NCBI GenBank assembly: GCA_023267045.1
Contig: JAHFOB010000005.1
Coordinates: 1 to 50,674, forward strand
Length of the DNA stretch: 50,674 bases
Source of the DNA: Candidatus Zambryskiibacteriota bacterium
GTDB lineage: Bacteria; Patescibacteriota; Minisyncoccia; Phycocordibacterales; DATDWN01
Reading direction: 5' to 3'
Below are positions 1-10,415 of the stretch, in pieces. Below the pieces are notes generated by a model. The model had not been told where the DNA came from, made no database searches, and saw nothing but the letters and a program-made list of their open reading frames with translations. The first letter of the stretch is position 1, and each line of letters starts with the position of its first letter. The translations under genes were made by a program, and so were the position numbers.

Positions 1-591
1 CTCAAATGGCGCTATCAACACCGGCACCATTGAAGCTCAAGGGAATGTAATAGTTGGAGCAAGTGCGCAGGGTGGGAATGGCACTATTTCATTTTTAGTG
101 GCAGGAGACCAAACAATCACCAGTAGTGGTGGCAGCACAGCTAAATTAAATATTAACAAGGCATCTGGCACAGTGAATGTCACAGGTGATTTGGGTATTA
201 CCGGTTTTACGTTAGCAAGTAGTGGGACAGGCGCCTTCACCTCTACCTCCGGCACACTGACAGTGAATGGCAATACTACATGGACCCATACAGCAGGCGG
301 AACCTTCAATCACAATAATGGCACGATTGTTTCCAGCAGCTTTAACGGATCTCTTACCTGGGATGTTGCAACCAACGAAACTTTAAATAACCTAACTATC
401 ACCACCAGTAGTGGTGGCGGCACGACTATTTCTTCCGGCGACACTCTGATCGTTCTAGGAACACTTACCCACTCAAATGGCGCTATCAACACCGGCACCA
501 TTGAAGCTCAAGGGAATGTAATAGTTGGAGCAAGTGCGCAGGGTGGGAATGGCACTATTTCATTTTTAGTGGCAGGAGACCAAACAATCAC
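1..591 (+). repeat. Exact intragenic direct repeat: 1..120 = 472..591 (471-bp period, 157 codons)
   Basis: ctcaaatggcgctatcaac...ggagaccaaacaatcac is identical at both places; the first copy is cut by the window edge. Confidence 0.95.
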
Positions 592-3500
592 ATCTACGAG
601 TGGTACTCTTCCTAATCTAAATATTAATAAACCATCAGGAACAGTAAGTGTTACGGGTGATTTAAGTATAAATGGTTTTACTTTGTCGAGTGGAACATTT
701 ACCTCAACTTCAGGAACTCTAAGTGTTGGGGGTAACTGGACACATACTGCCGGAGGAACATTTAATCATAATAATGGAACAGTTGTTGTATCAGATGGTG
801 GTTCTTCAAATTATCCCACGTATGATTTTGCTAGTTCTGAAACATTTTATAATTTTACCACTAACAGAAATTCTTACGGTGAGACATATATTGCCTCTGG
901 AGATACTCTGATTGTTTTAGGGACTTTCACTCTAAACTACGGATCTGTCTATACGGGGACCATTGAAGTCAGAGGAAATGTAGTAGTTGGTTCGACTGCA
1001 CGTTCTGGCGGCACAGCCGCAATTAACTTCACCGGCTCTAATGCTCAAACTCTCACCTTAACTTCCGGTGGAGTGATGCCCACAGGTCTCATCACCATAA
1101 ACAAAACAAATTCCACAGACACCGTCACACTCGCTTCGAACGTCACTCTTGGTGGAGCGCTGACAGTTACTAAAGGAGTTTTTGATCAGGGCGCAACGTA
1201 CAACTTAACAACCGGCGGAGCAGTTACTGTTTCTGCAAACGGAACATGGAGTAACACTGGAACGGGCGATGTAACACTTGCAGGAAATGTTTCAAACTCT
1301 GGAATAATTATTTTGGATGCAAACGGAAATGGTTGTGGCGGAAATGACGATATTGTTTTGACTTCAACAGCGTCAGCGCAGAGAACGTGGTCAGGTGCCG
1401 GAACATTTATTTTGGAAGACCTTGCCGTTTCGTGGATGGCGGGAACAGAAACAACATACAGTTCGACAAACAGTGGTAACAACAGCAACTGGACTTTTTC
1501 TGCTGGATGTTTGCTCACAGTTTCTGGCACTGTTTATTCTGATGAAGGTTCAACAGCGCTGACCACAACTCCAACAGTTCGTGTAAAAGTAAACGGCAGT
1601 GGAACATATTCTGGCACAGCAAATGTTTCTGGAGTTTACACTGTTCCGGGTGTCACTGTCGCTTCGGCCGGAGATGTTGTGACGACCTATCTCGACGGTG
1701 CCACAGAAAAATCCGTGACAGTCACTCGCGCAGTAGACGCGACGTCAAATATTTCCGGATTAAATTTATATAAAAATTATGTAATCGTTCGTCACGAAGA
1801 TTCTGGACCGACGACAAACACAAATCTCGATCAATATGATTCTGGAAATGACAGTGATATCCAGTTTACTGTGACCTCCGGAGCGTTAACAGTTGCAAGT
1901 GGCAACACACTGTATATTTGGACAGGAAAAACATTTACACCGGGAGGAGACGCTACAACTCCAGGATTAAAAATTTTAGGAACATACAACAACTCGTCAA
2001 GTAATCCGAGCCTTACAATAACAGGCAACCTAGCAATAAATTCTGGCGGAACATTTACAAAAGGAACTGCCACAACGACATTTTACGGTAAGACAACTCA
2101 AAGTTGGACAGACGGAAATGTGACTGCACAGGATTTGGGTCAAGTTCAAGTATCAGGTGGTTTCTCATACTCTCACTCTATAACTCTTGATCATACCAAA
2201 GCAGGAAGTTCAGACTCAACAAACTTTCCTGTATTGATCGATACAACAAATGCTTCAACAGCAGTCAAGAATAGCTTGAAATCAACAGGCAATGGCGGGA
2301 ATGTTCAAAGTGCCAATGGCTATGATATTTATTTTTATTCTGATTCAGCTCTAACCACTAGACTACCAGCCGAACGGGTTACCTATGACGCTACTACAGG
2401 TATCGGCGAATGGTGGGTTAATGTTCCCACAGTTTCTCATACTTCCGACACAGTAATTTATATTGCTTACGGAGATTCAGGTATAAGTTCTGACCCGAAC
2501 TCTGATGGGACGTATGGAACTACGTCTACGTGGGATAGTAATTTTAAATCAGTTTATCATTTACCAAATGGTTCTAGTTTAAGCGTTGCCGACTCCACAG
2601 GTAATGACAACGGCACAAATAATGGAGTAGCGGCAACAACTGGACAAATTGATGGTGGTGGATTGTGGGCGGAGAATGATAGTTTTTCTGGTTCGGTGAC
2701 AAGTAATTCTACAAATACAACTTTGGAAGCATGGGTATATAGAACTGGGGATGGCGGGGCTAGCGTAGGAAGAATATTGCAGGATAATTTTGGCGTAGCA
2801 CTTATTCTTAACAATGGCTCCGATTATATGTTTCGGCGCGCTTGGAGTGGTAGTAATGCTCAATGGGCTGTCGCCAGACCATCAATCAATGTTTGGCACC
2901 ATGTAGTCGTTACTTATAATAGTTCGTCTGCAACCAATGACCCAATAATATATATAGATGGCACTGCACAGAGCTTGACTGTGGATACCAACTCATCTGG
3001 TTCTGTAAATAGTTTTAGTGCAGGATATACTTTTGGGAACAATCTTTCAGGCGGAGGACGTGTTTGGTCAGGGAGTTTGGACGAGTTTAGAATTTCAGAT
3101 AGTATTCGAAGTGCCGACTGGATTCTTACAGAATACAACAATCAACTCATCCCAGATAAAAATGCTGATGCTGGTGGGTTTTATACGATGGGGAGTGAGA
3201 CGAGTGTAAATCCAACCACTCTCAATCTCGGCTCATCCGTCAAAGCCACTTCAGTTCAAATTGATTCATCACAAACTTTGTCGGCAAATGGTTCAAATAC
3301 ATTGTCGCTCACAGGAAACGGTTCGGCGGTTTTTGTAAAAAACGGAACATTCACGCCGTCGACCGGAACAGTGTCTTTTGATTCTTCTGCAACAACTGGT
3401 ACAACAGTTCCAGCGATTACGTATTATAATTTAACTTTGAACAAAGGAAATAATTATTCTTACTCTCGTTCTATCACTATTAACCACACAAAAGTTCCAA

Positions 3501-6439
3501 ACACAGACCAGACAAACTTTCCTGTGTTAGTTGATTTGACTGACAGTAATCTCCAAGCAAATGCTCTTTCAAATGGTAACGATATTTTGTTTACCTCATC
3601 TGATGGCACGACGAAAATCCCTTACGAAAGAGAAATATACACCACTTCAACAGGAAGATTGACCGCATGGGTCAAAGTACCGACAGTTGCCACAGCTTCA
3701 GATACTGTTATTTATATGTACTACGGTAATGCTGGTGCAAGTGACCAGCAAGATGCAGTGAATACTTGGGATTCTAACTACGTTCTGGTCATGCACGGAA
3801 GTCGAGACAGTTCTACTGTAGATGTTACGGATTCAACAGGAGTTAATAACGGCACAAATACTTCAACTACTGCAGGAGCTGGGCAAATTGGCGGAGCAAT
3901 CGTTTTATCTGGTAGCTCACAATATGTAACCGTGCCTGATTCAGCTAGTCTTCGTGTGACTGGGGCTTTAACTTTACAAGCATGGGTGAAACCTACAGAT
4001 AGAGCAAACTACAACGGGATTATATCGAAGACAGACGGCACAAACCCGACTTTCCCGAACACATGGGATATGTTTTTGTTCGCAGGTGGCGGGGCGTCTA
4101 CAGTACTTCGTGGTAATGGCAGTGGTGGTTCTGGCACAGATTACACCAGTAATGGTCAAGTAACTGGCCCGGCAACTGGTTTGTGGAGTGCTATTACAGC
4201 AACCGTGAGCGGTTCTGCTGGTGGCGGTGTCTCCGCAGACTTTATTATTTACGCAAATGGTTCGAGTATTAGTAATACCAGCCACTCCTATTCTCATACA
4301 GCAGGCACAGGTGGCACTGGAGCAGTAGGTATTGGAACACGTAACGACCACGTTACCATGTTCAAAGGTTCGATGGACGAAGTAAGAATTTCAAATATTG
4401 CTCGTGGTGCTGACTGGATTGCTACAGAATACAACAATCAATCAGCAACAAGCACATTTTACACAATAGGCAGTGAAACTGGGGCAAATAATACTTTCAC
4501 CGCTTCTTCTGGAACTATGACTGTTGGTGGAGCGCTTAATGTTACAAACGGAACTTTTGATTTGAATACAAACGATCCGACAACAGCTGTAACAGGAGCA
4601 GTAACAATCGGCGGAACTTTGCTTGCCTCAAACTCGGCAAACTTTTCTTTCGGTGGAAACTTCACAAACAACGGAACGTTTACACACAACTCTGGCACAG
4701 TTACTTTTTCTCCACCAACTCCGGCAACTGTAACTGTCAGCGGTTCGTCAGTCAGCAATTTCTATAATTTCAGCGCAACGACGCAGGGCAGTGGTTTGAA
4801 GTTTAAAGCTTCGCAAAATACAGGTTTTGCCGGAGCAGTAACTATGACAGGCGCCGATGGAAATCCGATTTACATATCATCCGACACGGCAGGAAATCAG
4901 TGGACACTAAATTTGTCCGGTACAGCAACACTAAGTTATGTCACTGTTCGTGACTCCGGTTGTGCTGGCGGAACTGGAAATGTCACACTGACCGCCACAA
5001 GTTTGAACGAAGGAAATAACGGAACGTGTTGGTTGTTTATTTCGTTCGGCAATTCTGGTAACGGTGCCTCTCTCGGCGGTGGTTCCGGTGGTGGCACTCC
5101 AGTTTCCGGCGGTGGTTCCGGTGGCGGAGGAGTGACAGAAAGTACAGACATAACATTTGATGCAACAGCGAATTCGTTCGGTTCTGGATCAACACGATCT
5201 ATAAATTTTACGACTGGTAGTGGATCAGACAGAATTCTCGTGGTTGGAATTGTTAGTAGAGATGGAACAGATTCTAATCGTCCGATAACATCGGTAACTT
5301 ACAATAATGTGGCATTAACACAAGTTCGTTCGGATAACAATGATTCTTATGATTTGACATCTGATCTTTGGTATCTTGTTAATCCGCCATCAGGCACATA
5401 TTCGCTTGTTGTAAACTGGACCGGCAGTGTCGGGTCATCTCTTATCTCGGCGGTTTCTTACACTGGAGTTGACCAATCCTCACCAATTGGTGCAAGCGCT
5501 GGTACGACAGGGAATTCGGGGACGACACTTGTAGACATTACAACCAATACGGCAAGATCAATGCTTGTTGATACAATCTATCATATTGCTTCAACACTCT
5601 CTCCTGCTAATAGTCAAACGGTACGTGCTAAGCTCAATGGGGGAGATTGTGTAGGAATGAGTGACAAATTGGCTATTGAATCCGGAGCAACAACTATGTC
5701 ATGGAACACTGGCAGTACTGGGGCGGACTATTGGGAGTCATCTGTGGTGGCACTGAATCCAGTCAATACCGACTCGGGCAGTTCTGGCAGTAGTCATCCA
5801 TACGGTATTACCTTTGATGCCGCAACAAATTCAGGGTTTGGTTCCGGAGCTTCACGCTCTATGAACTTCACGGTAGGGACTAACCAAAATCGTATTCTCA
5901 TAGTTGGCGCCGTTAGTAGAAATGGAACAAATTCTAATCGTCCGGTAACATCGGTGACTTATAATAATGTAGCATTGACCAAAATTCGAGCAGACAATAA
6001 TGATTCTACGAGTCTGACTTCAGAATTATGGTATCTGGTCAATCCAGCATCCGGAACTAATTCTATAGTCGTGAACTGGACTGGAAGTGTTGGCTCGTCC
6101 GTGATTATGGCGGTATCTTACAATAATGTAGATCAAACTTCACCGATCGACGCTCAAAATGGTGGCATAACTTCTTCTCTAAGCATTACAACTGTCAATG
6201 GTAATGATCTACTTGTTGATTCACTGTATGATTGGATCACCGGTATTGCCGCTGGTAGTGATCAGGTCACAAGAAATGTGATTAACGGTGGTGATAGTGT
6301 TGGTCAGAGCGATAAAGAGGCAATAAACCCTGGCACGGCGACGATGTATTGGGATGGTGCTCAGAATAGAATTTATTCAGTCATCGCTCTAAAGCAAACA
6401 GCAGCAAGTCAGGGCGGAGGGGGCGGAGCAACTCCATAA
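2..6439 (+). CDS. Giant secreted/surface protein, 5'-partial: Gly/Thr/Ser/Asn-rich beta-repeats, two DUF2341 + LamG/concanavalin-like modules, two C-terminal repeats
   Basis: The frame of ORF 98..6439 is open back to base 2, so the true start is upstream of the window. It has two 'NFPVL..D...DI.F...E...W.V.VP...DTVIY.YG' blocks, each followed by a LamG-like 'G.LDE.RIS...R.ADWI.TEYNNQ', and ends GGGGGATP. Confidence 0.85.
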   Translation, partial: SNGAINTGTIEAQGNVIVGASAQGGNGTISFLVAGDQTITSSGGSTAKLNINKASGTVNVTGDLGITGFTLASSGTGAFTSTSGTLTVNGNTTWTHTAGGTFNHNNGTIVSSSFNGSLTWDVATNETLNNLTITTSSGGGTTISSGDTLIVLGTLTHSNGAINTGTIEAQGNVIVGASAQGGNGTISFLVAGDQTITSTSGTLPNLNINKPSGTVSVTGDLSINGFTLSSGTFTSTSGTLSVGGNWTHTAGGTFNHNNGTVVVSDGGSSNYPTYDFASSETFYNFTTNRNSYGETYIASGDTLIVLGTFTLNYGSVYTGTIEVRGNVVVGSTARSGGTAAINFTGSNAQTLTLTSGGVMPTGLITINKTNSTDTVTLASNVTLGGALTVTKGVFDQGATYNLTTGGAVTVSANGTWSNTGTGDVTLAGNVSNSGIIILDANGNGCGGNDDIVLTSTASAQRTWSGAGTFILEDLAVSWMAGTETTYSSTNSGNNSNWTFSAGCLLTVSGTVYSDEGSTALTTTPTVRVKVNGSGTYSGTANVSGVYTVPGVTVASAGDVVTTYLDGATEKSVTVTRAVDATSNISGLNLYKNYVIVRHEDSGPTTNTNLDQYDSGNDSDIQFTVTSGALTVASGNTLYIWTGKTFTPGGDATTPGLKILGTYNNSSSNPSLTITGNLAINSGGTFTKGTATTTFYGKTTQSWTDGNVTAQDLGQVQVSGGFSYSHSITLDHTKAGSSDSTNFPVLIDTTNASTAVKNSLKSTGNGGNVQSANGYDIYFYSDSALTTRLPAERVTYDATTGIGEWWVNVPTVSHTSDTVIYIAYGDSGISSDPNSDGTYGTTSTWDSNFKSVYHLPNGSSLSVADSTGNDNGTNNGVAATTGQIDGGGLWAENDSFSGSVTSNSTNTTLEAWVYRTGDGGASVGRILQDNFGVALILNNGSDYMFRRAWSGSNAQWAVARPSINVWHHVVVTYNSSSATNDPIIYIDGTAQSLTVDTNSSGSVNSFSAGYTFGNNLSGGGRVWSGSLDEFRISDSIRSADWILTEYNNQLIPDKNADAGGFYTMGSETSVNPTTLNLGSSVKATSVQIDSSQTLSANGSNTLSLTGNGSAVFVKNGTFTPSTGTVSFDSSATTGTTVPAITYYNLTLNKGNNYSYSRSITINHTKVPNTDQTNFPVLVDLTDSNLQANALSNGNDILFTSSDGTTKIPYEREIYTTSTGRLTAWVKVPTVATASDTVIYMYYGNAGASDQQDAVNTWDSNYVLVMHGSRDSSTVDVTDSTGVNNGTNTSTTAGAGQIGGAIVLSGSSQYVTVPDSASLRVTGALTLQAWVKPTDRANYNGIISKTDGTNPTFPNTWDMFLFAGGGASTVLRGNGSGGSGTDYTSNGQVTGPATGLWSAITATVSGSAGGGVSADFIIYANGSSISNTSHSYSHTAGTGGTGAVGIGTRNDHVTMFKGSMDEVRISNIARGADWIATEYNNQSATSTFYTIGSETGANNTFTASSGTMTVGGALNVTNGTFDLNTNDPTTAVTGAVTIGGTLLASNSANFSFGGNFTNNGTFTHNSGTVTFSPPTPATVTVSGSSVSNFYNFSATTQGSGLKFKASQNTGFAGAVTMTGADGNPIYISSDTAGNQWTLNLSGTATLSYVTVRDSGCAGGTGNVTLTATSLNEGNNGTCWLFISFGNSGNGASLGGGSGGGTPVSGGGSGGGGVTESTDITFDATANSFGSGSTRSINFTTGSGSDRILVVGIVSRDGTDSNRPITSVTYNNVALTQVRSDNNDSYDLTSDLWYLVNPPSGTYSLVVNWTGSVGSSLISAVSYTGVDQSSPIGASAGTTGNSGTTLVDITTNTARSMLVDTIYHIASTLSPANSQTVRAKLNGGDCVGMSDKLAIESGATTMSWNTGSTGADYWESSVVALNPVNTDSGSSGSSHPYGITFDAATNSGFGSGASRSMNFTVGTNQNRILIVGAVSRNGTNSNRPVTSVTYNNVALTKIRADNNDSTSLTSELWYLVNPASGTNSIVVNWTGSVGSSVIMAVSYNNVDQTSPIDAQNGGITSSLSITTVNGNDLLVDSLYDWITGIAAGSDQVTRNVINGGDSVGQSDKEAINPGTATMYWDGAQNRIYSVIALKQTAASQGGGGGATP

Positions 6440-6466
6440 TAGTGCTGACTTGTGACAAAACCCACT

Positions 6467-6554
6467 ATGTCAAAGAGACACTTTGACATGATGTTTTCAT
6501 TGGGAAAGTTGATAATAATAGCTCATGTCAAAGTGTCTCTTTGACATGAGCTAT
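6467..6554. repeat. REP-like palindrome doublet downstream of the RAYT gene (copies at 6467-6489 and 6518-6554, opposite orientation)
   Basis: ATGTCAAAG-AGACA-CTTTGACAT and its reverse complement. The second copy extends to 16-bp arms and encodes the transposase C-terminus HVKETL-stop. Confidence 0.9.
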
Positions 6555-7163
6555 GGATGACAAGGCTAGGGTTTCTTTTTCAAAATCTTTATCATTCCCA
6601 AACATTGGTTTTATCAGATCGAGGTTTGTTAGTAGAAATTTTCTATTAGACACAAAGTCATTGTAACTACTCCATTTATATTTTTCTGGGCTCCCCACTA
6701 ATTTATCTTTAACAGAGTTCATATGTATGTACGCTGAAGTCCACATTAGTTGAGAATCTGTTTCTATGTTCACAGCTTTGAAACAATCTTGAAAGATATG
6801 GCCAACCCGTTTGTATTTGTTGTTTATATACTTAGAATAACTAGCACAAACTTTAGAAATTAATTTTGAAATTGATATGTCGCCACGTTGTTCTATGAGC
6901 AGATGAAAATGATTTGGCATTAAACAAAAAGAATGAATCTTAAAAAGTTTCTTACCTTCGGTTTCTATTCTTATTCTAGAATAGGGGAGATTGATCATTT
7001 TTTCATTTTTGATTTCTTCCTGTTCGAACCCCATTGCTAGAGCTATTCTAAAAAGAAAAGCTTTGTAGTCTTGTTCCTCGAGAAATACTTTTTGTTTATT
7101 ATTTCCTCTATTGTATATATGAGCGACAGTTCCTTTTGCAAAATTTTTATAGTCTCTGTTCAT
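6528..7163 (-). mobile_element. REP-associated tyrosine (HUH/Y1) transposase, RAYT/IS200-like
   Basis: Motifs HIYNRGNNKQKVF, FCLMPNHFHLLI (HUH), GHIFQDCFK, YIHMNSV, YKWSSY; flanked by four palindromes. Confidence 0.9.
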
Positions 7164-7176
7164 ACTTCTATACTAC

Positions 7177-7263
7177 ATGTCAAAGAGACACTTTGACAAC
7201 CTTGACTAACTTTCAAAATGTTGGCTGTAAACATATGTCAAAGTGTCTCTTTGACATATGTTT
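7177..7263. repeat. REP-like palindrome doublet upstream of the RAYT gene (copies at 7177-7198 and 7229-7263)
   Basis: Same TGTCAAAG-AGACA-CTTTGACA core in both orientations; the second copy has extended arms aaacatatg...catatgttt. Confidence 0.9.
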
Positions 7264-7421
7264 TTTAATCTGTATTTTATAAGGTGAAGGTCATCAACTT
7301 TATGAGATCGTGATACAATTTATTGGATGAGTAAAATTTCAAGTTTTGAAAATAAAATATCGAGGCGAAACCTTGGTGTTGTAGGTTTGCAAATTGTTAG
7401 TTTGTGTTGTATTGTGTAGAA

Positions 7422-7908
7422 GTTATGCTGGATAGTTGCTGGGAGAGACTCTCGAGTCTTTTCTGGAGGAAAGTCCGAACATCAGGCTCGAGGTAACTTG
7501 AGCAAGGGTAGCGGGTAACGCCCGTCGACAGTAATGTTAGAGGTGCGAGCAGTGACGCTTGAGGCGAAAGCTAAAAGTGCCCAGTAAGAATAGAATTCGC
7601 AAGAGATCAATTTTTACGGGGTAAATTCAATAGAAATATTGGAGTGAAACGGCAAAATCCTTACTTTGATGCAAGGCCGTGCTTATGCATCTCACAGAGG
7701 TGAGATGCAGTTATCAAGTTTGAAAGTTTAAAGTTAAAAGTAGATGCGCTAAAAATAAAATTGCGCATTCACTTGATAACTTGATAACTTTTTACTTTTA
7801 ACTGCACTGAACTTCCGTGAGGTGCATAGGAGTGCCGCTTGACCCCGAGAGTAATTTCGGGGCTAGATAAATAACTATCTACAACAGAATTCGGCTTATA
7901 GGCATAAT
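7422..7908 (+). ncRNA. rnpB: RNase P RNA, enlarged by an internal AT-rich insertion
   Basis: Conserved GAGGAAAGTCCG, GTGAAACGG, GCAAG and ACAGAATTCGGCTTAT; P1 pairing gttatgc/gcataat; P2 gatagtt/aactatc. Confidence 0.92.
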
Positions 7909-7913
7909 AAAAT

Positions 7914-7949
7914 GAAAATCGTCACCGTAAAAGGTGGCGATTTTCTTTT
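7914..7949 (+). terminator. Intrinsic terminator after rnpB
   Basis: gaaaatcgtcacc-gtaaaa-ggtggcgattttc followed by tttt. Confidence 0.75.
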
Positions 7950-8015
7950 GTGTTGATAGTAACTTCAGATTTCTATATAATGTAAAAACAAATTAACTAA
8001 ACAACTAATAAAAAT

Positions 8016-10406
8016 ATGGAAGAAACACAGATTGGTTTAGGAAGCAAAGTGAAGATGTTTTTTGATAAGTTTTTGTTTTGGATTTTGATTGGTTTGAGTT
8101 TTCTCGTGCCAATATTTTTCTTGCCATTTTCTTTTGTCTCAATTCAGTTCGGCACAAGTTTACTTTTTGCCACTGGAGCGATTATTTCTATTCTTGTTTA
8201 TATTATCTCTGGGCTTTTTTCAGGTTCTGTTGATTTACCAAAACCAGGCAAATATGTTTTGGGGTTTACTCTCCTTGTGCCTGTGGTTTACACTCTAGCT
8301 GGAGTTGCAAACGGATTTTCTAGAATGTCTTTTTTCGGTTACACATTTGATCCAAGTACAGTCGGTTTTGTTTTCCTCTCCTTTGCATATATGTTTTTGA
8401 TTTCAGTTTTGTTCAAAAACAAAAACAGGATTTTATTTTCGTACATGGCTTTTATTCTATCGTCAATAATTTTCGCTGTTTTTCTATTGAGTAGACTGAT
8501 TTTAGGAGCAAAGTTTCTGTCTCTCGGTACTTTTACTGATCTTACAACTACAACCATAGGTAGTTGGAATAATGTCAGTATATTTTTCGGAATAGGACTT
8601 ATTCTGTCACTTCTGACATATCAAATGCTAAATGTTAGTAGATTGATGAAGATTATTCTTACTATAACATCTCTAGTTTCTCTATTTTTCTTAGCTCTTG
8701 TAAATTTCAGTGTTGTTTGGACTACACTCTCTATAACAGCTTTTCTTTTCATACTATATAGTTTATTTAACTCGGGAGGAGCTTCTTTTTCTAGTTTAAC
8801 TTTCAAACAAAAACTTTATCGTATCCCACTTTATCCTTCTATTGTTTTTGTCGTTTCCATCACTTTTATTGTGTTCGGTAGTTCATTCGGAAACTATTTA
8901 TCAAACACTTTAAAAATTTCTAACGTAGAAGTTAGACCGTCGCTTTCTGTGACGATGAATATTGCTCGCAATACAATAAAGTCACAACCGCTTTTTGGTT
9001 CTGGCCCAAACACTTTTGTTAACGAGTGGCTTTTGTACAGACCAGACGAAATTACAACTTCAGCTTTCTGGAATACAGATTTTACAAACGGTATCGGTCT
9101 TATACCGACTTTTGCTGTAACCACTGGTCTTCTAGGGGTTTTGTCTTGGCTTGTTTTTCTAGGGTTCTACGCTTATCTTGGTGTTAAATCGATTTTCACT
9201 AGAATTGAAGATTCTTTCGTCAAATATCTTTTGACCTCGTCATTTTTTGTCTCTCTCTATTTGTGGGTGATGACATTTGTTTATGTTCCTAGCACTGTTA
9301 TATTGATTTTAACTTTCTTTTTTACTGGTCTGTTTTTTGCTTCAGTTTATTCATCTGGAATGATTTCCGTTGTGTCAAAATCTTTTTCTGGAAATCCAAA
9401 ATCAGGATTTGTTTCTTCTCTAATTATGATAGTTTTGCTCGTTTCTGGCGCATGGCTTGCTTACGGTATTTTCCAGAACTCAAAATCTCTATGGTATTTC
9501 CAAAAAAGCTCGTATGCTCTAAATACCGATAAAAATATAACTACATCGGAAAATTATATGGTTCAAGCTCTAAATACCGTGCCAAACGACGTTTATTTCC
9601 GAGCACTTTCACAGATCGAAATTTTGAAACTTAATGCTATTTTGTCACAGGACATAAAACAGATAAAACCAGAAGAAATACAAAAACAGTTTCAAGCAAC
9701 TTTATCTGACGCAATAAAAGCCGGCCTTTCTGCAAAAGAGGCGGACTCTTCAAATTATCTTAACTGGATTTCGTTAGGTGATGTTTATGGGTCTGTTTCT
9801 TTACCACAACTAAAAGTTGATGGTGCTTACGAGAGTGCTCAACTGGCATACTCTGAAGCTCTTCATAGAAATCCAAAAAATCCGGCAATTCTTATGCTTT
9901 TTGCTAGACTCGCCGTCACTCGAGAGGATTTGAAATCAGCCCAGTCTTATGCTGAACAGGCGATTCAAGCTAAAAACAATTATCTCGACGCCTACTTCCT
10001 CTTATCACAAATAGAAGTGGCTGACAAAAATATAAATGGAGCTATCAGTTCTGTCACTTCTGCATCTGTTATTGACCCGACAAACCCAGCCATTTTCTTT
10101 CAGTTAGGACTTTTGAAATACAATATCTCTGATTTCAAAGGCGCGATAGAGGCGCTAGAGAAAGCAACAAACATGACACCAGACTATGCTAACGCAAAAT
10201 ATTTCCTCGGGCTCTCATATGAGGCAACCGGTCAGCATCAAAAAGCTATAAAACAATTTCAAGATTTGAAAGTGACAAATCCAGATAGCACTGAAGTAGA
10301 TGCTATTTTGAATAATCTACTTGCCGGCAAATCTATTTTTGCCAATAGTAGCAATTCAAAACCAGAAAAAGCTGATAAGTTACCAGTCAAAGAAAAAGTT
10401 CAATAA
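8016..10406 (+). CDS. Polytopic membrane protein, O-antigen-ligase/Wzy-like with C-terminal TPRs
   Basis: Many hydrophobic helices, a PLFGSGPNTF motif and C-terminal TPR-like repeats; adjacent to murJ. Confidence 0.7.
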   Translation: MEETQIGLGSKVKMFFDKFLFWILIGLSFLVPIFFLPFSFVSIQFGTSLLFATGAIISILVYIISGLFSGSVDLPKPGKYVLGFTLLVPVVYTLAGVANGFSRMSFFGYTFDPSTVGFVFLSFAYMFLISVLFKNKNRILFSYMAFILSSIIFAVFLLSRLILGAKFLSLGTFTDLTTTTIGSWNNVSIFFGIGLILSLLTYQMLNVSRLMKIILTITSLVSLFFLALVNFSVVWTTLSITAFLFILYSLFNSGGASFSSLTFKQKLYRIPLYPSIVFVVSITFIVFGSSFGNYLSNTLKISNVEVRPSLSVTMNIARNTIKSQPLFGSGPNTFVNEWLLYRPDEITTSAFWNTDFTNGIGLIPTFAVTTGLLGVLSWLVFLGFYAYLGVKSIFTRIEDSFVKYLLTSSFFVSLYLWVMTFVYVPSTVILILTFFFTGLFFASVYSSGMISVVSKSFSGNPKSGFVSSLIMIVLLVSGAWLAYGIFQNSKSLWYFQKSSYALNTDKNITTSENYMVQALNTVPNDVYFRALSQIEILKLNAILSQDIKQIKPEEIQKQFQATLSDAIKAGLSAKEADSSNYLNWISLGDVYGSVSLPQLKVDGAYESAQLAYSEALHRNPKNPAILMLFARLAVTREDLKSAQSYAEQAIQAKNNYLDAYFLLSQIEVADKNINGAISSVTSASVIDPTNPAIFFQLGLLKYNISDFKGAIEALEKATNMTPDYANAKYFLGLSYEATGQHQKAIKQFQDLKVTNPDSTEVDAILNNLLAGKSIFANSSNSKPEKADKLPVKEKVQ

Positions 10407-10415
10407 TACAAAATA

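Noticed and set aside
1-591. Diversity-generating retroelement TR/VR pair
   Set aside because: The copies are identical (no adenine-specific mismatches), both are in frame in one gene, and there is no reverse transcriptase in the window.
37-5151. Numerous antisense and alternate-frame ORFs over the giant gene
   Set aside because: Shadow ORFs expected from biased Gly/Thr/Ser/Asn codons.
6467-7263. CRISPR array from the four 22-23-bp palindromes
   Set aside because: The copies alternate in orientation, flank a transposase and are not regularly spaced; no cas genes are present.
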